Positions 1 through 12,440 of a stretch of DNA of 64,000 nucleotides are shown here, piece by piece. The position numbers and the translations under genes were made by a program. This stretch comes from Lingula anatina (lineage: Eukaryota; Animalia; Brachiopoda). Location of the stretch: positions 31,626,401-31,690,400 of the forward strand of contig CM120641.1 of assembly GCA_051362555.1 (NCBI GenBank). The letters run 5' to 3'. The stretch's first letter is position 1; each line of letters opens with the position of its first letter. The notes beneath the pieces were generated by a model. It ran no database searches. It was not told the DNA's origin and saw only the letters and a program-made list of their open reading frames with translations.

Positions 1-1320
1 CAGGCGTTCTTTTGTCAAAGGCCTCGTGCTCTGGCGTATCAGTGCGAGGAAACCAAAGATGTTTTTCTTTTTCATACTGCTCACGCATGCTAGGTTTTAC
101 AACGTCTTCTAAGCTGTCCGCCGAAAAGGCAATGTAAGCGGAATCCGTGTCCATTTCACAATACTGGAAATCGGACGGATCCACAAACTTCAGCATGAAA
201 TCGTAATAAAATTCTAGCATGCGCAGCTTGGCATACTGATACACCATGACCCCGATTTGAATGGGTAAGTCGTATTTGACGACTTTTTTTGTTTAGTTCG
301 ATCTCGTATGTGCTTTCAGCAATTTGATCTAAACGCCGAAACCTGGGGTCGTTGATCTTTCTAGAGGCCTTAGCTTCACCGCAATATTGCACATCGCGGT
401 GTTTGTCTTTATTGGTAACCGTTTTACCGTACCCAGAATTACCAATGAGCTTCATGGTATCGGCAACGATGGTCTTTGTTTTGTCTTTGTCCCCCTCTCT
501 ACGAGCATCACTCACGGCATTTCCAAAATGCTAGAAGCAGGCTTTAGGTGTGTACTCGACAACCTGATAGATTCGGGAGACACGAAGACCGTGGGTCAGA
601 TACCATTTAAGAAGGGGTGTGGCCAAAACGATTTTTTCTCCAAAGAAACTACCGATCAACGATTTTCTAGGGGTGCGCATGATATTATTTTCCTGGACAA
701 AATTTTCCATGCATGACCCAATGTCGTCTCGGGTAATCGTGGTGTTTTTGAAAATGGGAGGCATTTCGGCAAACATGGCTTTTAGTTCAGAGGGGACTTC
801 TATATCACACTCAACGAACCCAAACAACTTATCATTTCGAACGGCGTCTAAATTATCGTCGAATTTGAGTTGATATTTGTTCTCAGTTGGGAGTGTGTAC
901 TGTTTTACAAATTCTTTCACTTAAACGGTGTCCCGTTGAAGTTTTTTCCATTCACACTCCCACATTTCAACCAGATTATACCCTCGAATGTATTCGCTAT
1001 TTTTGTCTGTTTGGATTCGCAGTGAGGACGAAGAAGCCTTTTTGGTATCATTCATAACTTTATAGGTGCCATCTTTGTTTTGATTAAGGTGGCAACGGTG
1101 GCCGTGAAAATAACACCCGTGGTATTGATACACAGTCTTCGTTTTTCGACAAAATCCATCGACAGGTAGTCGGGGGAGGTAGCCTATGCGTTTTTCAGTG
1201 CCGTTGAACTGATGTCGGATGTTTACACCATCTGAATGGGCGACCCAGTCTAACCACATCGTGGCCTCTCTCCCACGTGGATGGGAATATTCACGTTTAT
1301 ACCCAGACACTTCGTGTCTA
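1..1320 (-). pseudogene. Protein-primed family B DNA polymerase (pPolB) fragment of a Polinton/Maverick or adintovirus
   Basis: Three same-frame ORFs (921-1310, 531-920, 156-515) separated by in-frame stops. They contain the Vsr-like insert PVDGFC..TVYQYHGCYFHG..EMWECEW, LFGFVECDIEVP and motif B KLIGNSGYGK. After a frameshift near 280, motif C EMDTDSAYIA lies at about 130-158. Runs off the window edge. Confidence 0.9.
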
Positions 1321-1328
1321 CGTATGAA

Positions 1329-1477
1329 CGTCTGTTAAGCCCCTCTGGTCCTCAAATCAAGTTCAGTCCCTTGGTTCTAAACTGTTTACCAGAGGCTCTG
1401 TTCTGGTCCTACACCTGTAAATGTCCATCATGACGTGTTCAAACGTGTTTCCCAAACGTGTCCTTGGCTGACTCTCT
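1329..1477 (-). repeat. ~150-bp repeat, candidate Polinton terminal inverted repeat (copy 1)
   Basis: Near-identical inverted copy at 7082-7232. The outer end reads 5'-AGAGAGTCAGCC on the minus strand and the inner end abuts the pPolB fragment. Confidence 0.6.
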
Positions 1478-3948
1478 TTTGGGCCCCAGACTTTTTCTGC
1501 GGTATAGTCTTCATTTGGAAACCTGCCAGTATGACGTTCGGGGGAGGGGAGGGGATTAATTACTTGCAGTTAAGCAACTCAACTAACGGTCATTTGGTTG
1601 ATTCGCGAGATCAACGGACTAGCTGGCTATTATTTCACAGCATAAATTGAAATGAAAGATATAAATTGCAGAGTAACGTACCTTGTGTCGCAAGGATACT
1701 ACTTATAATTATTTATTCCCTTCTTGCCCCCCCCCCCCTCGGGCATTTGTAATTGATACTCCGTATCTTGATTAATGTGGAAGAATCGAAAGATGAAAAG
1801 AGCGCCCAAACATGCTTTTGACAGGTCAGGTCACGAAGTAACGGATACGGCATCTCAGGCCACAAAATATGGCTTCACAGGGCAGTGAACAAACTCGAGA
1901 AATTTCCCTCTCCGACAAAATTCCGAGCATATATGGTCACCCTGCTTCCTACATGTCTTTACAACAATTCAGTATCATTATACTGAATTCTATTACTGTT
2001 CTATTACTGATGTTGTATTCAACCATCTCGTAAAATTTGATATTTGAAGAAAATTTCATTGCAGGATTTTACAATATCACTACTTTACACCATCGCTATT
2101 ATATGGCGCAGAGTACAGGTTCAAACAGGTATAGCTGCAAACAGTAAAATTGTTTGATATTAATAAAAATATAAACAATAATGTTGATCATAATAACTAA
2201 ACCACTCTGCAGGCTAGTCTACGGGTTATTGCCAAGATGTGTTTAGTTTATAACACTCTCCTCTAGTTCGGGACATTTACAGAATGTCTTGACTTTCTCT
2301 CTCTCGTCATAAATCAAAGTCTCTGACATTTAACATTTGTATTTAAATTCAGGATATTTACAGAAATGTGTGAACTTGATATTAATTCGAGAAATGGTAT
2401 TTTATAGTGTTAGTAGATGTTATAAAGGAAATTACCAAAAATATATAGCTTTCCATATTGAGAAGACATGTTCCTCTACTCCCCCTCTCCAGATTTCCTG
2501 GCCCGAGGAGCAATATGTTTGTACTAAATTCTGAAGCTATGAACGCGCTTGATAGAAATCAGATGTGGAGATAGTGAGATTTTATTGCCCGATATATATC
2601 TTCTTAACCGACCAAGCTAGATGTCACGAAACACGATAAAGTATATCAGTAGAAAGGCTCAACTTGACTTTTTTTAAATTTCAAATCGTTCTTTCATAAC
2701 ATAATAGTTGCTATGCCCTTATGCTCCCCCTCTCACCCTGAACTCTTGTCATAAATATTCATTTTTTATATGAAAGATGAGAGCGTAAATTAACTTATCC
2801 CAACCGCTCACGTTTTGTATAACGTTTTTATTAATGTTTCATATTACTTTTAATAACTGCTGACTGCTTTCCCTGTTAGAGGGTACAATGACATAAACCA
2901 GTGAACGTGTCATATATTTATTCCGATATTAATCTAAATATATGTGGCTCACATTTTCACTTTTTGTTGAAAGTTTTCTCACATCACATCGTGTTTTAAA
3001 GGGTCATAAAGTGACCAATTTTTGAGATAGCGTTATGCGGGACTTAGGTAACTTTTATATAAACGGAAAATAATATACTGTAGATTGATTCACAACTCTG
3101 CTTCCGGTCGAATGCAAGCCCGTAAGGACCAACTAAAATTAAATGCCCGTGTCTGGTGCGGGTGCTCCGTTTTCGTGGTTCTCTTACATAATTGCACGAT
3201 GCTTCGTTAATCTGGCAACAAATGTCGCTACAGATGAGATGCAAATAAAACGGTATAATGATCGACGCGAAAATGCCTTTAGTCTGTTATGATGCTTTCC
3301 ATGTACGCACATCTACTATAATGTATAGGATTCGAAATTATCAACATCGGATTACTTAAAATAATCATCCAAAGATCATGTACATTACGGCCCGTACACA
3401 CAATTCGTTTGATTTGTGGTTTTTAATGAACTTAAATGTAGATGCTGCGATAAAAACCATTCAGCTGAATAAGATATATATATATATATATGGCGAAAAA
3501 GAAATTGAGACGTCCCTGGAGTCGAGACAAAATCTAAAGAATCCCTATTCTGTAATAACAACTAGATTTGTCTCTTTTAAATTAATTTGAATTGTGCTCT
3601 ATAACAAGAGAGGCAGTCAATGTGAAGGTCGGTGGCACTTTTAATGGTGGTGATCGACTATTTAAATTCACAGATTTCGGGCATGAAAGAAAATTTTGTG
3701 GTTTCCAGGGGTCAGTTTGTAAGATCAAAATTCAGGCCAGGGCGCTGTTCTGAATCTTTCGCTTGAAGTGGTAAATTGAAGCCTTTAATTTTGCCCAAGG
3801 GAGTACGGCGTTGTGTAACAGTAAATTGCATTGGTATGCATACTTATACTACGTAGTTATACTGGATCTGTCCTCTACCATTAGTCGATCAAATTGCCAC
3901 AATGTCTTTGGTCAGATCACTGGGTTTTCATGATATTCCCTTCACTGT

Positions 3949-4617
3949 CACCCTGAGCTTCAGAGATAACTTGACACTAACCTCTTCACAATAGCCTATC
4001 TTCATCGTGTCAAGTTACCTCTGACGAAAATAGTTTGACCTAGTTTATATAAGCCAATCGAATCCAAGTTTCAAAATTTTTCACCAAAGTTTGGTGAAAA
4101 CGCTGATTGGTTGACCGTCAATCGGTAATTCTCGGCTGATTCCGCAAGCTCCATACTAACAACAAAGTTATTGTCGAGTGCGGAGACATCCAAGTAGTGC
4201 CGAGTGCATAACCGTACACAAAGAAAGCATGGCGTCTTCTACGAGTGACTACGTAAAATAATGTGTTAAGTTATCTCTTGATTCTTTGCAAAATATGAGT
4301 ATATCGGAGTTGAAACCAGAGCAGTTTGAGGCCCTGCATCATTATCTACTGAGGGATGATGTATTTTGCGTGCTGCCCACAGGTTACGGCAAGTCTCTGA
4401 TATTGAGCCTTATCTCTGATTGGTCCGGATTTGAACAAAGCGCGCTTTGACTCGTTCGCGTTCATTGGCTAGATCGTTCAATGAGTCATTGAGTGCGGGC
4501 TTTAAATTTGATTGGCGGGCGGCGGGGGCAATCGAATGTGGTCAGAGGTAACTTGACACGATGAAGATAGGCTATTGTGAAGAGGTAAGTGTCAAGTTAT
4601 CTCTGAAGCTCAGGGTG
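3949..4617 (+). mobile_element. Non-autonomous TIR DNA transposon carrying a RecQ-helicase N-terminal fragment (AcademH-like)
   Basis: ~76-bp TIRs CACCCTGAGCTTCAGAG.../...CTCTGAAGCTCAGGGTG and 8-bp TSD TTCACTGT (3941-3948, 4618-4625). Internal 4229-4403 translates MASSTSDYVK*CVKLSLDSLQNMSISELKPEQFEALHHYLLRDDVFCVLPTGYGKSLI (RecQ motifs 0 and I). Confidence 0.88.
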
Positions 4618-4747
4618 TTCACTGTACGCTCCTAAAGCAATACAATTGGGATGCTAAGTTGTCATCCTGTAGCAAAACATCACTTGAACATTATCCGAAT
4701 GATATGGGATATATATTTTGTGAAGGCCTAGGTGTAAATACCAACAT

Positions 4748-6121
4748 ATGCAGCATATCTCTAACGATTTACTAAGAGGTATAGACAATTCAAAAAGTGA
4801 CCCTTCTCTGATCAATAACAAACCGGTGTCTGGGCTATTCTATGCCGACGACCTAGTTCTCTTTTCGAAAAGCCCATTAGGTCTCCAATATAGCCTGGAT
4901 TGTCTAAAAACGTATTGTAAACTATGGAGACTTTCGATAAACATTAAAAAAACCCAAGTTGTCATTTTCAACAGCAAGGGAAAAATCACGGACGGCACCA
5001 CTCAAAGCAAACACAAATTTAACATTGGCGGTAAACTACTCGCTCTCTCGTCTAGCTACAACTACCTAGGAATTCTTTTCACTAGATCTGGCAAATTCAC
5101 TGCAGCTCAAACAAGATTAAAAGAAAAAGCACAAAAAGCCTTTTTCGCACTAAAAAGTTACTTTCCTCTAACCAGCCCTATTAAATCATCCCTCAAGGAA
5201 AAACTTTTCGACACAATCATAATGCCAATTGCAACGTACGGATCAGAGGTGTGGGGATATACCCCTCTTACAGACAGATCTCCATCGGAAAAGCTAAATC
5301 TCAGTTTTTGTAAACAAATTTTAGGTGTTCACCCAAAAACTTCAAACCACACAGTAAGAGGAGAGACTGGAAGGATTCCTGCTTACATAAAAATTAACAT
5401 ACAATTAATAAAATTTTGGCTCAAAATATTACGCACAGACGAAAACAACCTACTCAAACAAGCATACCTAGATGAATTACATTATTACAATTTATTCACA
5501 ACAAAAATCCTGTCAAATCTGAACGATGATAACCTCTCATGGAGTGAAGGTATTATGAAACTCTTGTTTGAAAACGGATTTGGAGATGTATGGCTAAAAC
5601 AGAATCCTGACATAAATTTCCTAAGTATGTTCAGAGAACGAATCATCAGTGGGTACATACAAAACTGGCACAGTGAGCTTGAGGACAAATCCAAATCCAG
5701 AGTATATTGCCAATTCAAAAATACATTCAAAAAAGAAAAATATCTAGACCTTCTTCACGATACTGATAAAAGAAAAAACCTAAGCCGTTTTCGCACCAGT
5801 GGGCATAAACTCCACATTGAAACAGGCAGATACAATAACACTCCTCGGACCGACAGAAAATGCCATTACTGTTCTAAAGACAAAATTGAAGACGAAAAAC
5901 ACTTTCTCACAACATGCCCCCTATACAACGACATGCGGACAATGTTATATAAGGTATTTACAAAACACGATACACATTTTGGCCTAAAAACAACTCATGA
6001 AAAATTTACTATAATTATGAAATGTCAAGAAGAGGAAACCCTTATTGCACTAGCTCAGTTTCTCTCCTCCGCTTTTGCTAGGAGGGATCTACAAGACAGT
6101 GCTGCACTCATCGGCAATTGA
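4748..6121 (+). CDS. Reverse transcriptase C-terminal half plus CCHC zinc finger of a 5'-truncated non-LTR retrotransposon (RTE-X-like)
   Basis: 457-aa open frame with LFYADDLVL, YNYLGI, YGSEVWG and C-terminal HKLHIETGRY..RKCHYC..EDEKHFLTTCPLY. The start Met is probably from flanking DNA because RT begins mid-domain. Confidence 0.88.
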   Translation: MQHISNDLLRGIDNSKSDPSLINNKPVSGLFYADDLVLFSKSPLGLQYSLDCLKTYCKLWRLSINIKKTQVVIFNSKGKITDGTTQSKHKFNIGGKLLALSSSYNYLGILFTRSGKFTAAQTRLKEKAQKAFFALKSYFPLTSPIKSSLKEKLFDTIIMPIATYGSEVWGYTPLTDRSPSEKLNLSFCKQILGVHPKTSNHTVRGETGRIPAYIKINIQLIKFWLKILRTDENNLLKQAYLDELHYYNLFTTKILSNLNDDNLSWSEGIMKLLFENGFGDVWLKQNPDINFLSMFRERIISGYIQNWHSELEDKSKSRVYCQFKNTFKKEKYLDLLHDTDKRKNLSRFRTSGHKLHIETGRYNNTPRTDRKCHYCSKDKIEDEKHFLTTCPLYNDMRTMLYKVFTKHDTHFGLKTTHEKFTIIMKCQEEETLIALAQFLSSAFARRDLQDSAALIGN

Positions 6122-6298
6122 GTAATAGTAGTAATAGTAGTGATAGAAACTTTTTTTTTTAGTAAATAAGTAAATATTCTTACACATTGTGATTGTTTAA
6201 TAACATATTCACAAAAAATTGTATTCATATTGTCATTTTCATCCACACAAGTGGATGCATATGTTACGGTGAAATAAACTAAACTAAACTAATCTAAA
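4760..6298 (+). mobile_element. 5'-truncated LINE with 3' UTR and tandem-repeat tail
   Basis: RT ORF followed by a short 3' UTR, AATAAA near 6273 and an (ACTAA)n tail. No TSD identified. Confidence 0.8.
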
Positions 6299-7081
6299 CC
6301 AGCCCCGTCAATCAAACACACATTATGGTCAGTTGCGTCTTAGTTTAAATGCAGTCAAACAGGCAAATAGGCTTTGAGTACGAATATATTGCGCGTTTAT
6401 TAATAAACTTTGTTTATTTTAGATCCGCTGATTCGAAAATAATATAATCCATTTTTACTACTTGCACAAAACGCCTATATGTATACATTTTGGCAGTTTT
6501 ATAATGACCATATATATATATACCTAAACCCTAAATCCTGAAAATTGAAAAAAAATCTGAAAACAAAACGCGTTTAAAGAACAAAGTAGCTAGACTATCC
6601 TTCATAGGGAGCTCTTTACATAAATTGCAGTATTAATAGATTTATAAAACGTATGCAGTAGAAATCCATTATACTGTGCCTATATAAGGGACTAAGTTCT
6701 GATTTAAGCTCTGAATCACTATAGTTCTTGACAGTCCAGTGGACATTTAGGAAATTCACGGGAATAAACGCGTCCATATGAAAATAAGAGCTTATACTAA
6801 CTTGAAACGGAATAAAGAACGCACGATCATGAAAGTGAGTGAGTACCCCCCCGCCCCACATGCACACAATCACCCACGAATGTAACTGTCTTGAAAACAA
6901 GAAGCAGAGAACGCCATAAATATTGTAGTAGTATCAAGCTTCTTTAAAAAATATGAGAATATATCATAGCAAATATAATACAATTTTAAATAACTGAAAT
7001 GCATTTCTTTCTAACATTCAGTTTACGTACGTTTTTGGTAGCCTCTCAAAGTTTTAAACCTCAAATATTGGAGACCATACT

Positions 7082-7232
7082 AGAGTCAGCCAAGGACACG
7101 TTTGGGGAACACGTTTGAACTCGTCATGATGGACATTTACAGGTGTAGGACCAGTACAGAGCTTCTTGTAAACAGTTTAGAACCAAGGGACCGAACTTGA
7201 TTTGAGGACCAGAGGAGAGGCTTAACAAACGT
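7082..7232 (+). repeat. ~150-bp repeat, copy 2 (inverted relative to 1329-1477)
   Basis: AGAGTCAGCCAAGGACACGTTTGG...GAGGCTTAACAAACGT is the reverse complement of 1329-1476 with few mismatches. Confidence 0.8.
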
Positions 7233-7239
7233 AGAGTGA

Positions 7240-7665
7240 ACTAGGGTCAACAGGATCTGGAACTGGACAGTCCATGACAATTGGTCCTATTTATATTTTT
7301 TCTGATGAGTGTCGCTTTGGTCTGACCTCTGATGACAGACGGGTACGATGCTGGCGAGCTGCTGGTAAAGCATTTGAACCACATGCACTGAATTTTCGAA
7401 CCCGGAGCAGCATATTTATCATGGTGTGGGGCTGCATCATGGCGTGGGCGAATTGATAGTGGTTGATTGAAACGTGAATCGCTAGAAATATATCAATGCT
7501 TGCTACCATCTATTACTAACATGTTTGGTGACAGGAATTATCCATTTGTTCGCCAGGATGACAATGCTCCTTGTCACAGGCCCAGAGCAGTTGATGATTG
7601 GTTTGACCAACAGAACATTCGCAGGGTGATGTGGCCTGCCCATAGTCCGGATGCAAACATAATAG
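7240..7665 (+). pseudogene. Tc1-family DDE transposase fragment
   Basis: IFSDECRF, MVWGCI, QDDNAPCHR and WPAHSPDANII across two frames. Truncated at both ends. Confidence 0.88.
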
Positions 7666-8674
7666 CTTTGTTTAAAGCCACTACTTTACAGCCTATTTAA
7701 AATGCGTCCGTTCCTTGTACACTACAATATATGGTTTTCTCTTTTCTGTTAAAGACAAGGTTTGTGGAAAGCCTCCGGATTTTACTTTTCCAGGCAGTTT
7801 AGGCAGTACTAAAGACATGATGAGCTAATTGAAAAGAGAACCAGGTCATCTACATACAGAAGTCCAGCACCAGTTTACTGCATGTTAGGGCCTACTAAAG
7901 AGGGGGAGGGGAGCACTTATGGAGTTGTCAGTACATCTCCAAGAGAAAGGTTAAAGGGGAATACAAGTCTCTGGGGACCTAAATTCAATAAAATCCGACC
8001 CCCCCTCTTCTCTCTAGATCTGCCCATCACGTTTTACCCACTGTAAGCGTAAGCCTAATTTTGGGGGTAGTTATCCAGTCGTGACGTCATTGCCTGAACT
8101 CTCTGGCATTGGCCTATGCATTACAGTGCGGCGTGTAATGCCTTTGCACGGGTACGACATGTTTACCTCGCAAATAAAGCACTTAACGATACAAAAAATG
8201 GAACACATTATCCTGAACTTTCGCGCATTCTGATTATGTAAAACATATCTTCTTGGACTATTTTTAAACGATTATTTAAGAGTGGCTACGCATATCATGG
8301 ACACAGCTGAAACCAGGAAAACTAACTGTATTAAAAAGTTGAAATAAAATACTGTAAGGCTTATTTCGGCGTTTATTTGTAAACGTGTGGGGTCGTATCA
8401 TACGTGTGGGGTAATATTTATAGTATTACCTGATTTGCTGACAGTCGGGGGTTTGGACGATAAAGGCACAACGTATGCTTATAAACGATGGCATAATACG
8501 CTTCAATACATTCCCGAGATGTTTCGATTCTGTTGATGTAAGCGACCTACGCACACAAGCAGTAACAGTGCGTTTTCACATGGCTGTGGATTACCCATTG
8601 TTCTGTTCACTAAACTTGACCTTTTATCCTCGTCTAGACGAATCCTCTCCACAGATTTTTTTCTTTAATGAGCC

Positions 8675-8704
8675 CAAGGAGTTATAATCTGTTATAACTC
8701 CTTG
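8675..8704. mobile_element. 30-bp palindromic mini-element with 7-bp TSD (P-element-like)
   Basis: CAAGGAGTTATAA-TCTG-TTATAACTCCTTG (perfect 13-bp arms, CA...TG ends) flanked by the direct repeat ATGAGCC (8668-8674, 8705-8711). Confidence 0.7.
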
Positions 8705-8719
8705 ATGAGCCCTTGGTTG

Positions 8720-8960
8720 GTGATATAGAACTTATGTCCCTCTAGCACATACTGTAACAAGAATTCCATGTTTTTGTCAAGAACTCTCTCGCAGTGGGAT
8801 TTACTAGCATGTCTACGTACATGTACCTTTCGCATTCTTGCATCTGTACTATTTCTTACATGTAAGCCCATAGGGCTGGGCCGATACATATATCCATATT
8901 ATTGTATTATGTATTATATTTGTATATATTCGGCATTGTCTCGAAAATAAATCAATTAAA
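8720..8960 (+). mobile_element. Degraded 3' end of a CR1/L2-type LINE
   Basis: NSMFLSRTLSQWDLL resembles the SFFPRT..WNxL terminus of CR1/L2-group ORF2 and is followed by AATAAA near 8946. Confidence 0.35.
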
Positions 8961-9053
8961 CCGTTTGTAAAACTGCTCAGGCACTGACAATTAACAGGCC
9001 CAAGCTAAGTCACCATGACAGCAACCAAGTTAATTGCTCTGACGGGGTCATGC

Positions 9054-9231
9054 CAGGCCCGTAGCCAGGGGGGGGGGGGGGGGGTTCGGGGAGTTCGAAA
9101 GAACCGCCCCTTTTGCTGGAAAAAGGTCCACTCTGGGTAAAATTTGATCTATGTACATGAAGTTTTTATGAAAAAAGGTTCACTTTTTTAGAAAAAGAAC
9201 CCCCCTATTGAAATTGCTGGCTACGGGCCTG
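9054..9231. mobile_element. MITE with 15-bp TIRs and 5-bp TSD (hAT5-like)
   Basis: TIR CAGGCCCGTAGCCAG/CTGGCTACGGGCCTG; TSD CATGC on both sides. Confidence 0.85.
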
Positions 9232-9235
9232 CATG

Positions 9236-9297
9236 CCGATACTCCCCCGCACCGTTACTCCCCCGCACCGATACTCCCCTGCACCGATACTTCCCCT
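9236..9297 (+). repeat. 16-bp tandem repeat, about 4 copies
   Basis: Unit CCGATACTCCCCCGCA with single-base variants. Confidence 0.75.
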
Positions 9298-9368
9298 TAG
9301 TAATTTTTTGCATTACGCACATCAATACGACCCCACACCGATAGATCCCCGCATCGATAAATCCCCTC

Positions 9369-9707
9369 TAAATTGGCACCTTCTGTACCCAATAACAAAA
9401 TTGATATTTCAAAATTTGAAAAAAAGGATGAATGCTGATAAGAGGGTGAAAGTGCCCACCTTTGTACATGAAAAATAAGTTGTGAATGAATAGAAAAAAA
9501 TGATACCAAATTAAAATCAACGTCTTACACTTTTATGATCCACTGTAAAAAATAATTTTGAAATATCAAAAACTAATGTCAAAATGACCTTGTCAAATAT
9601 TCATGAAAATGTGTATTTAAGGGGGGTTCTGAAATACATTGCTACATTTCTATAGTTGTGGTAAGGTGACAACTGTGAAATTTTGTAATTGGGCAGAGAA
9701 GGTGCCA
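9369..9707. mobile_element. MITE whose right TIR is split by the Academ-type insertion
   Basis: TAAATTGGCACCTTCTGTACCCAATAACAAAA pairs with TTTTGTAATTGGGCAGAGAAGGTGCCA; the remaining TIR bases (GTTTA) resume at about 13353. Confidence 0.7.
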
Positions 9708-10999
9708 TAGTCTAGATGACTGGTGCAAAAATTGCTCAAAAGGTGGAAAAAGCATGAAACTTGGCACAAATGTTCTTTGGACTATGCTGATCATTTTCAA
9801 GGGCAGTGCCCAAAATTTCAAAGCGTTGCTTAGCAACCGTTGCTAAGGAAGTGATTTACCTTAGTAACAAGCTAATTGGACCTTTCTTGTTCAGTTTAAA
9901 TGATTTAAAAAGGCTTTTAATAATGTTTCAAACCATCAGAACTATCACTATACTATTTTAAGACATTAAAAACCCAAGTAAACCATTGCAACAGTTGCTA
10001 GGCAGCATATTACCCTAGCAACAAGTATTTAACATGCTGAATTAGCCCAGAAAGTTAGTGTTAAGGTTGATTTTTTGTTGAGTTCCTCTAGACAGCTGGG
10101 AGATCAAATGTCATTAATAATATCATTGATGTAAAAAAAACAAAAACATTTTTACACCATCTTTTATGGAAAATAGTTTTTTAATTTTTTTCAATTTTTG
10201 AGTTTTGACATAATGGTTGTGATAAGATTTCATCTGGGGTTAAATTGAAATTTTCCTGAATTTCACTCAAAGAACCAATAATGTTTGCCAAAAGGGATAA
10301 GAAGTTGCTTTTAGTATTTTTAATCCACCTTTTGTTACTACCGATTCCTGACATTTTGCCAAGAAAAACGCTCTCCACTTACTCTTATTTTCTTCATAAA
10401 GAAGTCTCTTAAGCCATGTAAAGTTTAAGGCCTTGGAAAAATTTTTATTTGCTGTACCTTTTTCCGTCCATTTTTGTAATCAGACGCCATCCTTGCTCAT
10501 TTTATTTTGTATCTTTTTCCATTCCTGATAAAGTTAAATACAGACTTGACATTTAATATGGAATATTTCAGTTTCGAAGGTATACCTAGGTAAAAATACG
10601 TTCTTTTTTCAAAAAACTCCGATTTCATATAAGATTTGTGAATGTAAAAGTATGCAGTCATTTGTGTCACTACCAATTAACTGACTTTCATGCATGTTGC
10701 GCTGCTACACTATGTAATTTGCAGTGATTTAATTGGGTAGTGTTCCTTTGGGCTGATCAAAGCTTGGCTTAGGCAAAGCTTGGTTCTGTCAAAAAAGTAT
10801 CCATATTTCAGCAACTACTGCATAGAAAAATTTGAAATTTTGCATGCAAGCGGCCAGTTTTGCAGTGCGTAAGATGAGTCAAGAAGTGCATTACAAATTT
10901 GTTAATCTAAGGCAGAATGGCGCGAAAAAGACAGACATCACCAGACAGATCATAGCGCCAAACGGAACGGTCGATCCCCACAGTTTTATAGAGTAATAC

Positions 11000-11900
11000 C
11001 CAGACTGATGTACCTACACAGAGGTCACCCCCAATGTATCAAAATTTTACCTACAGGGTACAGGACCCACTGTCTTTCGGGATACGCTGCTGCAACTAAA
11101 CAAAAAACACTTAGTCCGTTCAGAACGAGGGGTAAATTGCCACTAAAATGCGTTTTTCAAAGCCCTTAGCGAACACCAAACTGGTTTTAGCAGGTAAGAA
11201 CACCTAATGACCTCCGAGGTACCCACTGTATACAGCAAAACATCGTCGTCTGTTTCTCTAATGAATTGGGGGCCATGAACGATTCTGGGTAGAACACTGA
11301 AACTGCGTGGGCTCTTTATTGAGGTCAGATTTCACCTGTAACGCCCAATTAGTCAAAACAGAGTTTACAGATATCCAGAAGAGGCCTACGACGAAGCATA
11401 TGCCGGGTCTAAAGTGACAAGGGTGATTGACAGCGTCAGTATTTGGAGTAGATTCCACATTGGTACCAAAACACCAATGGTAGTCATCGACGAAAACCTG
11501 AACCAGATCAAATAAAGGGATAATCTCGGAACCACTTGACTATCATTTGATAGGGGACACCTTAGGAACAATTCTAGGTTGCACGATGAGGTTGCAGGTT
11601 CACACAGAGCACTTTTAATAGCAGATAACTTACAGAACCAAGGGGATGAGCAGCTACCCTGGTCATCAAAATCGCCATATTTGAACCACATAGACAATAT
11701 TTCGGTAGACCATTACTCACCAATCAACTGCCTACATGTCCTACATCAAAACTGGACCAGATTGGACAATTTCAGACCGATGCCTAGAATGCTATTCCAG
11801 ATTGAACTCTAAAAACCTACCCTCAAGAAATGCCTTGCCGCTTGAGAGCGCTGGCAACAGCCACGGAGAGGCCAGGCGTAACAACGACCATTACTGTGAC
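11000..11900 (+). pseudogene. Highly degraded Tc1-family transposase
   Basis: VCFSNE (cf. VLFSDES), LHDEVAGSHRA (cf. QDNARPHTA) and LPWSSKSPYLNHIDNI (cf. WPSxSPDLNPIE). Many stops; ends approximate. Confidence 0.7.
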
Positions 11901-12269
11901 TAGCAACTGACATGAGGGTCTTTTGTGGAGCGTATTACCCTTTTACAGACGATAATTTGGAAACTATGGAGATCCAAAATATCTCTTTTAATGGGAGTCG
12001 TATGACATAGAATAGGCAATGTGTTTTTGTTTGTTTCTCTGGCGAATTCCATTAATGAACTGATGTCACAATGACATCAAATAGATAATTTAAAGTTATT
12101 AAAACACGATTTTAATCCTTATTTTCATTTATCAGTCCGCAAAATAGGAAAAAACTGATAAAAAATTATTTCGAAAAAAATATTCCATATTAAATGTCAA
12201 GTCTGTATGATATGCATATTTTAAGTATTGAGGGAGGGGGGGGGGGCTGGTAGGAGAGTTTATACATGC

Positions 12270-12440
12270 CCTACGTAAGATGAGAAATACTAAAGGTTTA
12301 ACCACTGTTGACTTTCCTATTATTGAAAGGTTTCTCAGAGACCAGATTTCCAAGATATTTTTCATTTTGTTCAATATTTTCTAAAAAGTTTTTTCACATT
12401 GTATTTTGTCAGTTCAGCATGGTTCTATTTTAATTCTATT
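12270..12440 (-). pseudogene. L1/Tx1-clade LINE ORF2 fragment
   Basis: KMKNILEIWSLRNLSIIGKSTVVKPL matches the conserved post-RT motif W..R.LS..GK...IK.L. Confidence 0.65.

Noticed and set aside
1329-7232. One 5.9-kb transposon defined by the inverted 150-bp repeats
   Set aside because: No TSD, and the outer flanks are unrelated elements (polB and Tc1). Kept only as an alternative in the first finding.
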